A stretch of 64,000 nt of DNA. Origin: an uncultured bacterium (lineage in GTDB: Bacteria > Krumholzibacteriota > Krumholzibacteriia > Krumholzibacteriales > Krumholzibacteriaceae). Below the pieces are notes generated by a model. It worked only from the letters and a program-made list of their open reading frames with translations. It did not search any database and was not told the origin of the DNA. The stretch is taken from the NCBI GenBank assembly GCA_963846325.1, contig CAWJVO010000002.1, positions 851 to 64,850 of the forward strand, given 5' to 3'. Each line of letters starts with the position of its first letter. Within the stretch, counting starts at the first letter, position 1. Position numbers and translations under genes: made by a program. This document shows positions 26,905 to 35,892 of this stretch, piece after piece.

Positions 26905-29450
26905 TTCCCGCCCACCTCCCGGGCCCGATCGCTCCCGGGCTTGAGCCCGAACTCGTCCTCGAGCAGTTTGTCGGCCCCGACGAGGATGCCCTCCATCTCC
27001 CGATCCTCGGGATGCCGGTCGAGCCATTGCCGGATGTAATCCTTCGCCCCGGCACCGTCGCCCATACGCGCGGCGACGCGAAAGCCGTCGATATAGAGCT
27101 GCCGGAATTCCGGCGCGCGGCGGATCCCGTCGTCCACGCTCTTCAGCGCGACGGCGTTCTGATCCTCGTACTCGTAGATGCGCGCGAGCCGGGACCAGTA
27201 TTCCCCCTCGCCGGGATCCCGCTTGATCGCCTCGATGTAGTGATCGATCGCCTTCTGATCCATATCATTCATCATGTAGTAGGAGCCGAGCAGCACGTTC
27301 GCCGCCTTGAGGGTCGGATCGAACCGGAGCGCGATCTCCATCCTGCGGATCGCGTCGTCGAAATCCTTCTCCATCGCCTTCTCCTGGGCGAGCTGGGCGA
27401 CGGCGACGGCGTAGTTGACGAACATCCCCCGCGTCTCGCCGTCCTTGTAGACGGAATCGTCGATCCGCCAATCCTTCGTGAGAATGCCGCGGAACAGGTA
27501 TATCCCGTCGAAGTTCCTCTGGAGCGCGAACTCGCCGAGCAGGTTGTCTCCCTCGCGGGGAACGAGCCGCCGCACCATCCCCTCCATCTCGAGGTGGCGC
27601 CCGTACGGCTTCCACGTGTCGAGGGGAACGGTCGTCGCGAAATAGACCGGCCGCTTCCAGTCAGCCTCGCGGACGATGAGCTGAACCATGAGATCGTGCT
27701 TCCAGGCGATGCCTCCCCCTTTGAGCGGAACCGGCTCCATGCGCGCGATTTCCTCGTCGGTAAGACGGATGGGGAGTTTCGGATCCCGGTCCCTGAGCTG
27801 CTCGATATACCAGTCCGTCCGGAGAAGGCTCAGATTGACCACCGAGACGTCGGTGCGGAAGCGCTCGACGTTCTGGATGTACCAGAGCGGGTAGGTGTCG
27901 TTGTCGCCGTTCGTGAAGAGGATCGCGTTCGGCTCGAGCCCGGCGAGGAGGTTGTAGCCGTAATCGCGCGCGATGTAGAAATGCGATCGATCGTGCGTGA
28001 ACCAGTTATGACGGGCGGGGAGAACCGACAGGAACAGGCAGAGCGCTCCGATCGGCACGGCGCGCGACGCCGCCGTCTTCCCCTTGCCTTCCGCCCATTG
28101 CGCCGCCGCCACGAGAAGGGCGGTCACGCCGATACCGATGAAGATCGCGAAGAAGTAGAACGCGGCGCCGTAGAAGTAATCCCGTTCGCGGACTTCCATG
28201 CTCGAAAAATTGAGGAACAGGATGAGCCCGACGGAGTTCACGAAGAGGTTCGTGAAATTGAGCGCCCAGAGCCTGCGCTCCCGCCGGTAGTTCGCCGCGA
28301 TCCCCCAGAAACCGAGCGCGACCGGGACCGCCGTCAGCGCGGCGCCCAGATTCATGGGGCCGAGGAACGCGTCGCCGGCCATCCGGAACTGGGCGCCGAA
28401 ATATCCCGCGAAATGCCGGAACTGCCAGAGGAGCGGAGCTTTCCGCTCGAAGACGTTGATCGGCGGATACTGTTCCCGGCGCAGGTGCGCGTACATCGCC
28501 TTCCACGTCTCCGGATCGACCATGTCGATCCCCGGGTCGAAGTGCGACCTGATGTACATGTACAGGTGCACCGAGATCCCCAGCACGAGGAGCCCCGCCG
28601 CCGCGAGCGCGAAGCGCCCGTTCCTCGCCGTGCTCCACGCGACGAGCGCGGCGAATACGAGGAGCCCGGCGACCGTCAGGGCGGAATTCCGGTGCATCGT
28701 CATATCGGCCAGTATCACCGCGAGCCCGAACGTGTATATGGCGATCTCCACGTTCCCGAACGCCTTTTCCTTCACCATGAGAAAGAGCAGGAAGATTCCC
28801 CCGTATACGAGAACCGTTCCCAGATGGAATCCGATGCCCAGGGCGAGGAGGTAAATGATAAGATAGACGAGACCCCGCGAGTGCCCGCGTTCGACGCTCC
28901 CCTCGTCAGGGCGCGTCTCCGGTCGCGCCGCTTCCGCGCCTTTCCGTTGCGCGCGGCCCGCCGGATTCCGGTACCACAGAAGCGCGAGATACGTGCACAA
29001 TCCCATGACGAAGGCGTTGAGCGCGTACACTTCCGCCTCCGTCGAATCCCGCCAGAACGTCTCGCTGAAGGTGAGATACATCGATCCCGCGAACGGCCCC
29101 GCGAAGGTCATGAATCGCCCGAGCCCCCCCTTGAGCGCGGGATACATGAACCGGAGCGTCGTCACCGCTATCAGATATCCCATAAGGACGGCGAGCGAAC
29201 CGCACAGCACGGAGAAGAAGTTCACCCGCCCCGCTATGCCGAACGGCAGCGGCAGCATCGTGAACACGCGCCCCGCGAGGGTGAACAGAGGCGTGCCCGG
29301 GGAATGCGGTATCCCGAGAATATACGACGTCGCGATGAACTCGCCGCTGTCCCAGAACACGAGCGTCGGCGCCATCGTCGCCGTGAACACGGCGAGCGGT
29401 ATCAGGAAGACCGCGAGCGCGGCCAGCCGGTGCAGCGTTTGTTCCGACAA
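26901..29450 (-). CDS. DUF2723 (TMEM260-like) polytopic GT-C-type glycosyltransferase with C-terminal TPR repeats, paralog A
   Basis: Lies in the frame of ORF 26901..29591. By alignment with paralog B, the start is TTG 29448-29450, about 10 nt after GAAAGAGG. The sequence begins (L)SEQTLHRLAALAVFLIPLAVFTATMAPTLVFWDSGEFIATSYILGIPHSPGTPLF. It has about 11-13 TM helices, a soluble domain and a TPR-like tail. Confidence 0.75.
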   Translation of the reverse strand: MSEQTLHRLAALAVFLIPLAVFTATMAPTLVFWDSGEFIATSYILGIPHSPGTPLFTLAGRVFTMLPLPFGIAGRVNFFSVLCGSLAVLMGYLIAVTTLRFMYPALKGGLGRFMTFAGPFAGSMYLTFSETFWRDSTEAEVYALNAFVMGLCTYLALLWYRNPAGRAQRKGAEAARPETRPDEGSVERGHSRGLVYLIIYLLALGIGFHLGTVLVYGGIFLLFLMVKEKAFGNVEIAIYTFGLAVILADMTMHRNSALTVAGLLVFAALVAWSTARNGRFALAAAGLLVLGISVHLYMYIRSHFDPGIDMVDPETWKAMYAHLRREQYPPINVFERKAPLLWQFRHFAGYFGAQFRMAGDAFLGPMNLGAALTAVPVALGFWGIAANYRRERRLWALNFTNLFVNSVGLILFLNFSSMEVRERDYFYGAAFYFFAIFIGIGVTALLVAAAQWAEGKGKTAASRAVPIGALCLFLSVLPARHNWFTHDRSHFYIARDYGYNLLAGLEPNAILFTNGDNDTYPLWYIQNVERFRTDVSVVNLSLLRTDWYIEQLRDRDPKLPIRLTDEEIARMEPVPLKGGGIAWKHDLMVQLIVREADWKRPVYFATTVPLDTWKPYGRHLEMEGMVRRLVPREGDNLLGEFALQRNFDGIYLFRGILTKDWRIDDSVYKDGETRGMFVNYAVAVAQLAQEKAMEKDFDDAIRRMEIALRFDPTLKAANVLLGSYYMMNDMDQKAIDHYIEAIKRDPGEGEYWSRLARIYEYEDQNAVALKSVDDGIRRAPEFRQLYIDGFRVAARMGDGAGAKDYIRQWLDRHPEDREMEGILVGADKLLEDEFGLKPGSDRAREVGGK

Positions 29451-29482
29451 TCCGTTGGTACCTCTTTCGAACGTGAGCGCGA

Positions 29483-32011
29483 TTATTTCCTGCCCGCGCC
29501 GGAGGACGCCCCGTAATCCGCCTGCAACACGCTGTCGATGTCCTCGAAGGCCGACCGCATCTCGCGATCGTCGGGACGCTTCTCGAGCCATCTCCCGATG
29601 TATCCCTTCGCGACGTCGACCATCCCCATCCGCGCCGCGTAGCGGAATCCGTCGATGTAGAACTGCCGGTTATCCGGCATGCGAGCGATGGCCTCGTCGA
29701 TCGTCATGATCGCCCTCTCCGGCTCGCTTTCGGAATATATCCACGCGAGCCTCAGGACGTATTCGGGCTCGGCGGGATCGAGCTGCATCATCTTCCGGTA
29801 GTGATCGACGGCCGCGGCGCGATCCTTGTTGAGATAGTAGTACGTTCCGAGCATGACGTTCGCCGGCTTCAGATGCGGGGCGAAATTGAGCGCGACCTCC
29901 GTCCACTTCACGGCGCCGGCATAGTCTTTCTCCCTGCCGCGGGAGTTGGCGAGCTCGGCGGCGGCGACGCCGTAGTTGTTGAGCGTTATGTTGAGATCCT
30001 TCTCCTTGTAGATCGACGCGTCGATCCGGCCGTCCCCCGTGAGAAGGCCGCGGAATCTGAAGAGATCGTCGAAACACCTCTCGATCGTGAACGCGCTGAG
30101 CATCCGGCTCCCCTGACGGGGAACGAGGCGCATCACGAGCCCCTGCGTCTCGAGGTACTGCTCGTACGGTCTCCATTTCGCCGACGCGACGCTCGTCGCG
30201 AAATAGATGGGGCGCTTCCATCCGGTCGTCTGGATGACGTTCTGAACGACGATGTCGTCGTTGTACGCGACGCCGCCGTCCTTCAGCCCGATCGGATGCA
30301 TCCGCTCGATCTCGGCGTCGCTGAACGTCATCGGGACCTTCGGCTCCCGGTCCCTCATCTGCTTCACGTACCAGGGCGTGTTGAGGAGGGTGAGCACGAT
30401 GACCCGCACGTCGGTCCGGTACCGCTCGACGCTCTGGATATACCAGAGCGGATACGTGTCGTTGTCCCCGCCGGTGAAGACGATCGCGTCCGGCTCGAGC
30501 CCCGCGAGCATGTTGCGCGCGTAATCCTGAGCTACGTAATAATTCGACCGGTCGTGCGTGAACCAGTTGTGGCGGGCCGGCAGAACGGAGAGCAGGACGC
30601 ACAACGCGCCGACCGGGACGACGTAGGAGGCCGGATCCTTCCCCTTGCCCTTGAAATACTCCGCGGCGTAGACGAGGAGCGCGGTCACGCCGATACCGAT
30701 GAAAATCGCGAAGAAGTAGAATGCGCCGGCGTAGAAGTAATCGCGCTCGCGCACTTCGTTCGCGCTGAAGTTCAGATAGAGAACGAGGCCGACCGAGTTG
30801 ATGAAAAGGTTCGTGAAGTTGAGCGCCCAGAGCTTGCGTTCCCGCAGGAAGTTCGCCGCGACGCCGTAGAGCCCGAGAGCGACCGGGATCGCCGTCGCGG
30901 CCGCGCCGACGTTGAAGATCCCGAGACGCACGTCGCCGAACATGCGGAACTGCTCCCGGAAATATCCCCCGAAATGCTGGAACTGCCACAGGAGCGGCGC
31001 CTTCCGCACGAAGATGTTGCTCGGCGGGTACTGCTCGCGGCGAAGATGGTAATGCATCGCGCGCCACGTCTCCGGATCGACCATGTCGATGCCGGGGTCG
31101 AGATGAGAGCGGATATACATGTACAGATGCACGGAGATTCCGAGAGCGAGGAGCCCCGCCGCCGCGAGCGCGAAGCGGCTCTTTCTCGCCGTGCTCCACG
31201 CGACGAGGCCCGCGAAGATGACGAGACCCGCGATCGTCGTCCCGATCGATTTATACAGCGTCATGTCCGCCAGAAGCACGGCGAATCCGAACGTGTAGAT
31301 GATCAGCTCCGTGTTGCTGAACGACTTCTCCCTGACGAGGAGAAAGAGCAGGAAGATCCCCCCGTACACGAGCACCGTTCCGAGATGAAAGCTGATGCCG
31401 AGAGCGAGGAGATAGATGATGAGATAGACGAGACCCCGCGAATGGCCGCGTTCCCGGCGCTCCTCGTCGTCCAGCCGTTCCTTGCCCCCCGCGCCCGCCG
31501 GGGGACGCTGCGCGTGCCCCGAGGGGTTCCGGTACCACAGGAGCGCGAGCCACGTGCACAGCCCCATCACGAAGAGGTTGAGCGCGTACACCTCCGTCTC
31601 CGTCGAATCGAGCCAATGCGTGTAGGAAAATGTGAGGAACAGGGATCCCGCGAACGGGCCCGCGTACGTCATGAACCGGCCGAGCCCTCCCTTGAGCGCG
31701 GGATACATGAACCGCAGCGTCGTCACCGCGACGAGGTAGCACATGAGAACGGCGAGGGATCCGCACACCACGGAAAAGAAATTGATCCGCCCCGCCGCTT
31801 CCATGGGCAGCGGCAGCATCGCGAACACCCTCCCGACGAGCGTGAAGAGCGGCGTCCCCGGCGAGTGCGGGATCCCCAGGATATACGCCGTCGCGATGAA
31901 TTCGCCGCTGTCCCAGAACACGAGCGTCGGCGCCATCGTGAGCGTATACACGACGAGGGGGATGAGGAAGATCACGAGCGCGAGGATCCGGTTGAGAGTC
32001 GTGTCAGACAT
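29483..32011 (-). CDS. DUF2723 (TMEM260-like) polytopic GT-C-type glycosyltransferase with C-terminal TPR repeats, paralog B
   Basis: 842 aa. The sequence begins MSDTTLNRILALVIFLIPLVVYTLTMAPTLVFWDSGEFIATAYILGIPHSPGTPLF. It is collinear with paralog A over its full length. The membrane half is much more conserved than the C-terminal half. Confidence 0.8.
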   Translation of the reverse strand: MSDTTLNRILALVIFLIPLVVYTLTMAPTLVFWDSGEFIATAYILGIPHSPGTPLFTLVGRVFAMLPLPMEAAGRINFFSVVCGSLAVLMCYLVAVTTLRFMYPALKGGLGRFMTYAGPFAGSLFLTFSYTHWLDSTETEVYALNLFVMGLCTWLALLWYRNPSGHAQRPPAGAGGKERLDDEERRERGHSRGLVYLIIYLLALGISFHLGTVLVYGGIFLLFLLVREKSFSNTELIIYTFGFAVLLADMTLYKSIGTTIAGLVIFAGLVAWSTARKSRFALAAAGLLALGISVHLYMYIRSHLDPGIDMVDPETWRAMHYHLRREQYPPSNIFVRKAPLLWQFQHFGGYFREQFRMFGDVRLGIFNVGAAATAIPVALGLYGVAANFLRERKLWALNFTNLFINSVGLVLYLNFSANEVRERDYFYAGAFYFFAIFIGIGVTALLVYAAEYFKGKGKDPASYVVPVGALCVLLSVLPARHNWFTHDRSNYYVAQDYARNMLAGLEPDAIVFTGGDNDTYPLWYIQSVERYRTDVRVIVLTLLNTPWYVKQMRDREPKVPMTFSDAEIERMHPIGLKDGGVAYNDDIVVQNVIQTTGWKRPIYFATSVASAKWRPYEQYLETQGLVMRLVPRQGSRMLSAFTIERCFDDLFRFRGLLTGDGRIDASIYKEKDLNITLNNYGVAAAELANSRGREKDYAGAVKWTEVALNFAPHLKPANVMLGTYYYLNKDRAAAVDHYRKMMQLDPAEPEYVLRLAWIYSESEPERAIMTIDEAIARMPDNRQFYIDGFRYAARMGMVDVAKGYIGRWLEKRPDDREMRSAFEDIDSVLQADYGASSGAGRK

Positions 32012-32999
32012 CGGTGTGTACCTCTTGTGGTTCGATTCCGCTCTTGCGTTCGAAGCTCCGCTGCACGAAGAAGAAACCTCCCAGCAAGCTTACCATAACC
32101 ATGATCGCATAGGTAATAAGTTCCATGAGGAGCGCCTGCTCCTTCGAGAAGCCGATTTGGGTGAAAAGGAGTATCCCCGCGCCCTCCCGCACGCCGAGCC
32201 CGTTGATCGATATGGGCAGAATCATGATGAGGCTGAGGAGCGGAACGAATACGAAGAACTGGACGAACTGCAGGTTCGTCACTTCGATCCCGAGCGACTG
32301 GGCGACGAGGACGTGCGTCACGACGCGAAGAAACTGCACGGCCATCGCGAGAACGGTGAGCCGCGCGAGCAGCGTGCGAAGGCGCCGGTACTCCCCGAGG
32401 TGGCGGAAGATCGCGTCGAAGCGCCCCCCGAGCCCCCAGAGCGTTATCTTCCCGAAGAGGCGTCTCACGCCGCGCGAGAGGCGCTTGTTCATGACGAGCG
32501 CGAGCACCGGCGCGACGCATCCGGCGAATATGACGATGTAGAGATACAGATTCAGGAGCCCGTCCCCGGCGAGCAGAACGAACGAGGCGGCGAGCGCGAG
32601 CACGCAGAGCCCCGCGATCCCGATGACGCGATCGAGCATCGTGACGGCGAAGACCTGGTGCGGATCGTTGCCCACGCGGGTCACGTCGTAGATCTTCATC
32701 ACGTCCCCGCCGATTCCCGCGGGCAGGAAATTGTTGAAGAACATGCCCACGAAATAGACCTTGAACGTCTTCGCGAAGGGAAGCGCGATGCCGCCGGCCT
32801 TGAGGAGGAGATGCCATTGATACGCCCCCATGCCGACGCTGACGAAAAATACGACGGCCGCGACGACGAGCTGCCACGGGCTCACGCGGGAGAGATCGGC
32901 GAGCAGGTTCTCGGGGGAAAGCTTGTGGAACAGGAACGCGATGAGCCCCGCGCTGACCGCCAGCTTGACGAGCTGTACGAGTATCCTTCTCCCGCTCAC
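32004..32999 (-). CDS. Flippase-like membrane protein (lysyl-phosphatidylglycerol-synthase TM-region / AglD-like family)
   Basis: This is the lower part of ORF 32004..33692. GTG 32997-32999 overlaps the upstream stop (GTGA). It has about 8 TM helices. The characteristic stretch is FKVYFVGMFFNNFLPAGIGGDVMKIYD. Confidence 0.65.
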   Translation of the reverse strand: MSGRRILVQLVKLAVSAGLIAFLFHKLSPENLLADLSRVSPWQLVVAAVVFFVSVGMGAYQWHLLLKAGGIALPFAKTFKVYFVGMFFNNFLPAGIGGDVMKIYDVTRVGNDPHQVFAVTMLDRVIGIAGLCVLALAASFVLLAGDGLLNLYLYIVIFAGCVAPVLALVMNKRLSRGVRRLFGKITLWGLGGRFDAIFRHLGEYRRLRTLLARLTVLAMAVQFLRVVTHVLVAQSLGIEVTNLQFVQFFVFVPLLSLIMILPISINGLGVREGAGILLFTQIGFSKEQALLMELITYAIMVMVSLLGGFFFVQRSFERKSGIEPQEVHTDV

Positions 33000-34165
33000 C
33001 GGATCGCCCTTCTCCCGAGGCCCGCGACGCGTTCGAGCAGCGCGAGCGTTTCGCTGCCGCAGCGCTCCCACGTCAGCTCCTTGACGCGACCGAGAGCGCT
33101 CGCGCTCATGCGATTCCAGAGCTCCCGATCGCCGAGGATCATGAGGGATTTCGACGCGAACGCGCCGTCGTCTCCGTACGGAACGAGAAAGCCGGTCTCC
33201 CCGTCGCGGACCGAATCCCTGAGGCCGGGACGGTCGCTCGCGACGACGGGAAGCCCGCACGCGTTCGCCTCGACGACGGTGAGCCCCCACCCTTCCTTGG
33301 GGCTCGGATTGACGAGCAGATGCGCGCGGTTCAGATACTCCACGAGCTCGTCGCCGCGCATGAAGCCGGCGAAGCGAACCGACGCCCCGAGCCCGAGACG
33401 CGCCGCTTCCCGTTCGAGCGCCGGCCGGTGCGGACCGTCGCCGATGATCACGAGCTTCGCCGCGGGAAGCCGCTCCCGCACCTTCAGCATCGCCCGGAGA
33501 ACGACCTCGACGCTCTTGTATTTGCGCAGGCGTCCGAGATGCACGATCGTCGGCTCGGCGAAGCGCTCGAGCCCGAGATTCCGATAGCGGCCGTGATCGA
33601 GCCCGCAGAGAACGACGTCGATTCGCTCCGGATCGATGCCGCGCGCGACGAGATCCTCCTTCGTGCTCGGGCTGATCACCATGAAACGGCACTTCCGGTA
33701 CACGAGCGGGATGAACCGCTCCATGCCCGCCACGTACGCGCCGACGAGCGCGTTCGCTTCGCGGAAGACGGTCGTGCCGAAGAGATGGGGAATCACGGGG
33801 ACGACCGGAATGGAAGTCACGAGCGGCATGAAGAACGGGAGCTTGTTGATGTCTTCGAGCACGACGTCGTACGTCTGGTGCCTGAGATGGCGTCTCGCGA
33901 AAAGCGGAAGCGCGAAGTTCGCGTCGTACCAGCGGCCCCGCCGCAGCACGCGGACGCCGTCGATCGTCTCCTCGCCCGCGCAGCCGGGCCAGCCGGCCGC
34001 GATGAGCGTGGCGCCGTGCCCCCCGCGCGCGAGGTACGAGAGGATCTCGTGGAGATGCACCTCCGCCCCGCCCGCTTCGGGATTCCTGATATCGCGCCAG
34101 TTCACGGCGAGAATCCGCATCGTGTATTCCCCGCGGGCGAAGCCGGATACGGCTTCCCGCGTCAT
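32996..34165 (-). CDS. Glycosyltransferase family 4 (GT-B)
   Basis: Lies in the frame of ORF 32996..34336. Homology starts at MRILAVNWRDIRNPEAGGAEVHLHEI (ATG 34120). An in-frame ATG at 34165 overlaps the upstream stop (ATGA), so the start is 34165 or 34120. The C-terminal GT4 signature is LLVNPSPKEGWGLTVVEANACGLPVVASDRPGLRDSVRDGETGFLV. Confidence 0.8.
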   Translation of the reverse strand: MTREAVSGFARGEYTMRILAVNWRDIRNPEAGGAEVHLHEILSYLARGGHGATLIAAGWPGCAGEETIDGVRVLRRGRWYDANFALPLFARRHLRHQTYDVVLEDINKLPFFMPLVTSIPVVPVIPHLFGTTVFREANALVGAYVAGMERFIPLVYRKCRFMVISPSTKEDLVARGIDPERIDVVLCGLDHGRYRNLGLERFAEPTIVHLGRLRKYKSVEVVLRAMLKVRERLPAAKLVIIGDGPHRPALEREAARLGLGASVRFAGFMRGDELVEYLNRAHLLVNPSPKEGWGLTVVEANACGLPVVASDRPGLRDSVRDGETGFLVPYGDDGAFASKSLMILGDRELWNRMSASALGRVKELTWERCGSETLALLERVAGLGRRAIR

Positions 34166-34929
34166 TCCTTCCGCGCGATCGTGCCGACGACGACCGTCGT
34201 ATAGAGCGCGAAGCGTCTTTTCAGGAACGCCTCGCGCGCGCCTCCGAAGGCCCGGGCGAGAACGGTGAAGAAGCGCGGATACATCGGGAGCGTGAGGCCG
34301 AGCCGGACGAGCCCCCGCCTCAGCATCCGGTACCATATCGGCGGATTAAACCATTCGCCGTAGCTCGAGACAATCGAAAACGAATGCCGCCGGAGCATTC
34401 CCTCGAGCTCGCCGACCGAGTACTCCCGCTCCCATCCGGCGAACCAGAGCCGGAGCGCGATGAGAACGTGCTTGATCGCGGTGTAGTAGTGCCATCGCTG
34501 CGGCACGTCGACGAGCAGGTATCCCCCCGGCTTCAGCACCCGTGCGTTCTCGGCGATGAGATCGTCGGGATTCCGGAAATGCTCGAGGAGCCCCTGATGA
34601 AAGACGACGTCGAAGGTGCCGTCCGCGAAAGGAAGCGCGAAAGCGTCCCCGCAGCAGGCGGAGAGCGATCCGGTTCCGGAGGCCTGCCCCTTGATGAGCC
34701 GCAGGCTCGGGAGACTGTAGTCGAGAGCGACGACCCGGGCCCCGCGCCCGGCGAGCATGAGCCCGTCGCGCCCCGAACCCGCGCCGACCTCGAGCACGCG
34801 GGCGCCCTCGACGGAAACGACGCGCGCGATGCGCTCCGCGACCCTTCCCTCGTTGGAATAGACGTCGTCCACGTCGGGAGCGCGCTCCCAGAAATCGTCC
34901 CAATGCTTCTTTTCCGATTTCGGCTTGAT
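34162..34929 (-). CDS. Class I SAM-dependent methyltransferase (first gene of the glycosylation cluster)
   Basis: Lies in the frame of ORF 34162..34872 (GTG start). Motifs are VLEVGAGSGRDGLMLAGRG and LPFADGTFDVVFHQGLLEHF. The frame stays open upstream (KPKSEKKHWDDFWERAPD) to an ATC at 34927-34929, which lies 8 nt after AAGGAG. The start is 34872 or 34929. Confidence 0.75.
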   Translation of the reverse strand: MKPKSEKKHWDDFWERAPDVDDVYSNEGRVAERIARVVSVEGARVLEVGAGSGRDGLMLAGRGARVVALDYSLPSLRLIKGQASGTGSLSACCGDAFALPFADGTFDVVFHQGLLEHFRNPDDLIAENARVLKPGGYLLVDVPQRWHYYTAIKHVLIALRLWFAGWEREYSVGELEGMLRRHSFSIVSSYGEWFNPPIWYRMLRRGLVRLGLTLPMYPRFFTVLARAFGGAREAFLKRRFALYTTVVVGTIARKE

Positions 34930-34998
34930 GGCCGTCGCTCCTTTTCTCGGGTTCCGCTCAGAAACCTTTCGCCGAGGAATCGCGGCAGACGAATACCT

Positions 34999-35409
34999 TC
35001 AACTCTTCCGGACCTCCCGCGCGAGCCGGTCGAGCACGCCGTTCACGAACCTCCCCGCGTCCGCCGAGCTGAACTTCTGGGCGATCTCGATCGCCTCGTT
35101 CATGATGACGTTCGCCGGGACCTCGGGGCAGTGAAGGAGCTCCGATAGCGCGATGCGCAGGATCGTCCGGTCGACGACCGAAACGCGCTCGAGCGTCCAG
35201 TTCTCGAGCCGGTCCCTGATCAGGGTATCGAGGTTCGATCTCTCCTCCATGACGTTCGTCACGAGCCGCTCGGCGTATTCGACGACTTCGGCCGAAGGCT
35301 TCCGCCTCTCGACGTTGTCGTCGAACGCCGTCTTCCATTCCGTTCCGGACACCTCCTGGGCGTAGAGCGTCTGGAGCGCTATTTCCCGGGCCTTCCGCCT
35401 GCGGCTCAT
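34999..35409 (-). CDS. nusB: Transcription antitermination factor NusB
   Basis: 136 aa. Recognisable stretches are MSRRRKAREIALQTLYAQEV, RVSVVDRTILRIALSELL and NEAIEIAQKFSSADAGRFVNGVLD. It follows ribH, as in many bacteria. Confidence 0.9.
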   Translation of the reverse strand: MSRRRKAREIALQTLYAQEVSGTEWKTAFDDNVERRKPSAEVVEYAERLVTNVMEERSNLDTLIRDRLENWTLERVSVVDRTILRIALSELLHCPEVPANVIMNEAIEIAQKFSSADAGRFVNGVLDRLAREVRKS

Positions 35410-35424
35410 GCGATCACCGTCTTT

Positions 35425-35892
35425 CTATTTCTTCATTTCTTTCCAAAGGTTCGCCATCTCGAGCGCCGAGAGAGCCGCCTGCCAGCCCTTGTTCCCCGCC
35501 TTGCTCCCCGCGCGCTCGAGCGCCTGCTCCTGCGTGTCGGCGGCGATGACGCCGAAGGTGACCGGCTTCCCCGACTCGAGCGCGACGTTCGACACGTCGC
35601 GGACGACCTGGTTCGCGAGGATGTCGAAGTGCGCCGTCTCCCCGCGGATGAGCGCCCCGAGGCATATCACCGCGTCGACGTTCGTGCCGACGGCCTTCTT
35701 GGCGACCTGGGGGATCTCGAACGAGCCGGGAACCCAGTACACGTGGATATCCTTCTCCGCCGCGTCGTGGCGGACGAGACAGTCAACGGCGCCCGAGAGG
35801 AGATGCCCGCTCACGAGCTCGTTGAAGCGCCCGATAACGATCGCGAAGCTCTTGCCGGCACCGGTCAGATGCCCCGCTTTTTCACGTACCAT
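35425..35892 (-). CDS. ribH: 6,7-dimethyl-8-ribityllumazine synthase
   Basis: Lies in the frame of ORF 35425..35940. The start is [11 protein letters not shown] (ATG 35890-35892). Motifs are [28 protein letters not shown] and [14 protein letters not shown]. Confidence 0.9.
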   Translation of the reverse strand: MVREKAGHLTGAGKSFAIVIGRFNELVSGHLLSGAVDCLVRHDAAEKDIHVYWVPGSFEIPQVAKKAVGTNVDAVICLGALIRGETAHFDILANQVVRDVSNVALESGKPVTFGVIAADTQEQALERAGSKAGNKGWQAALSALEMANLWKEMKK

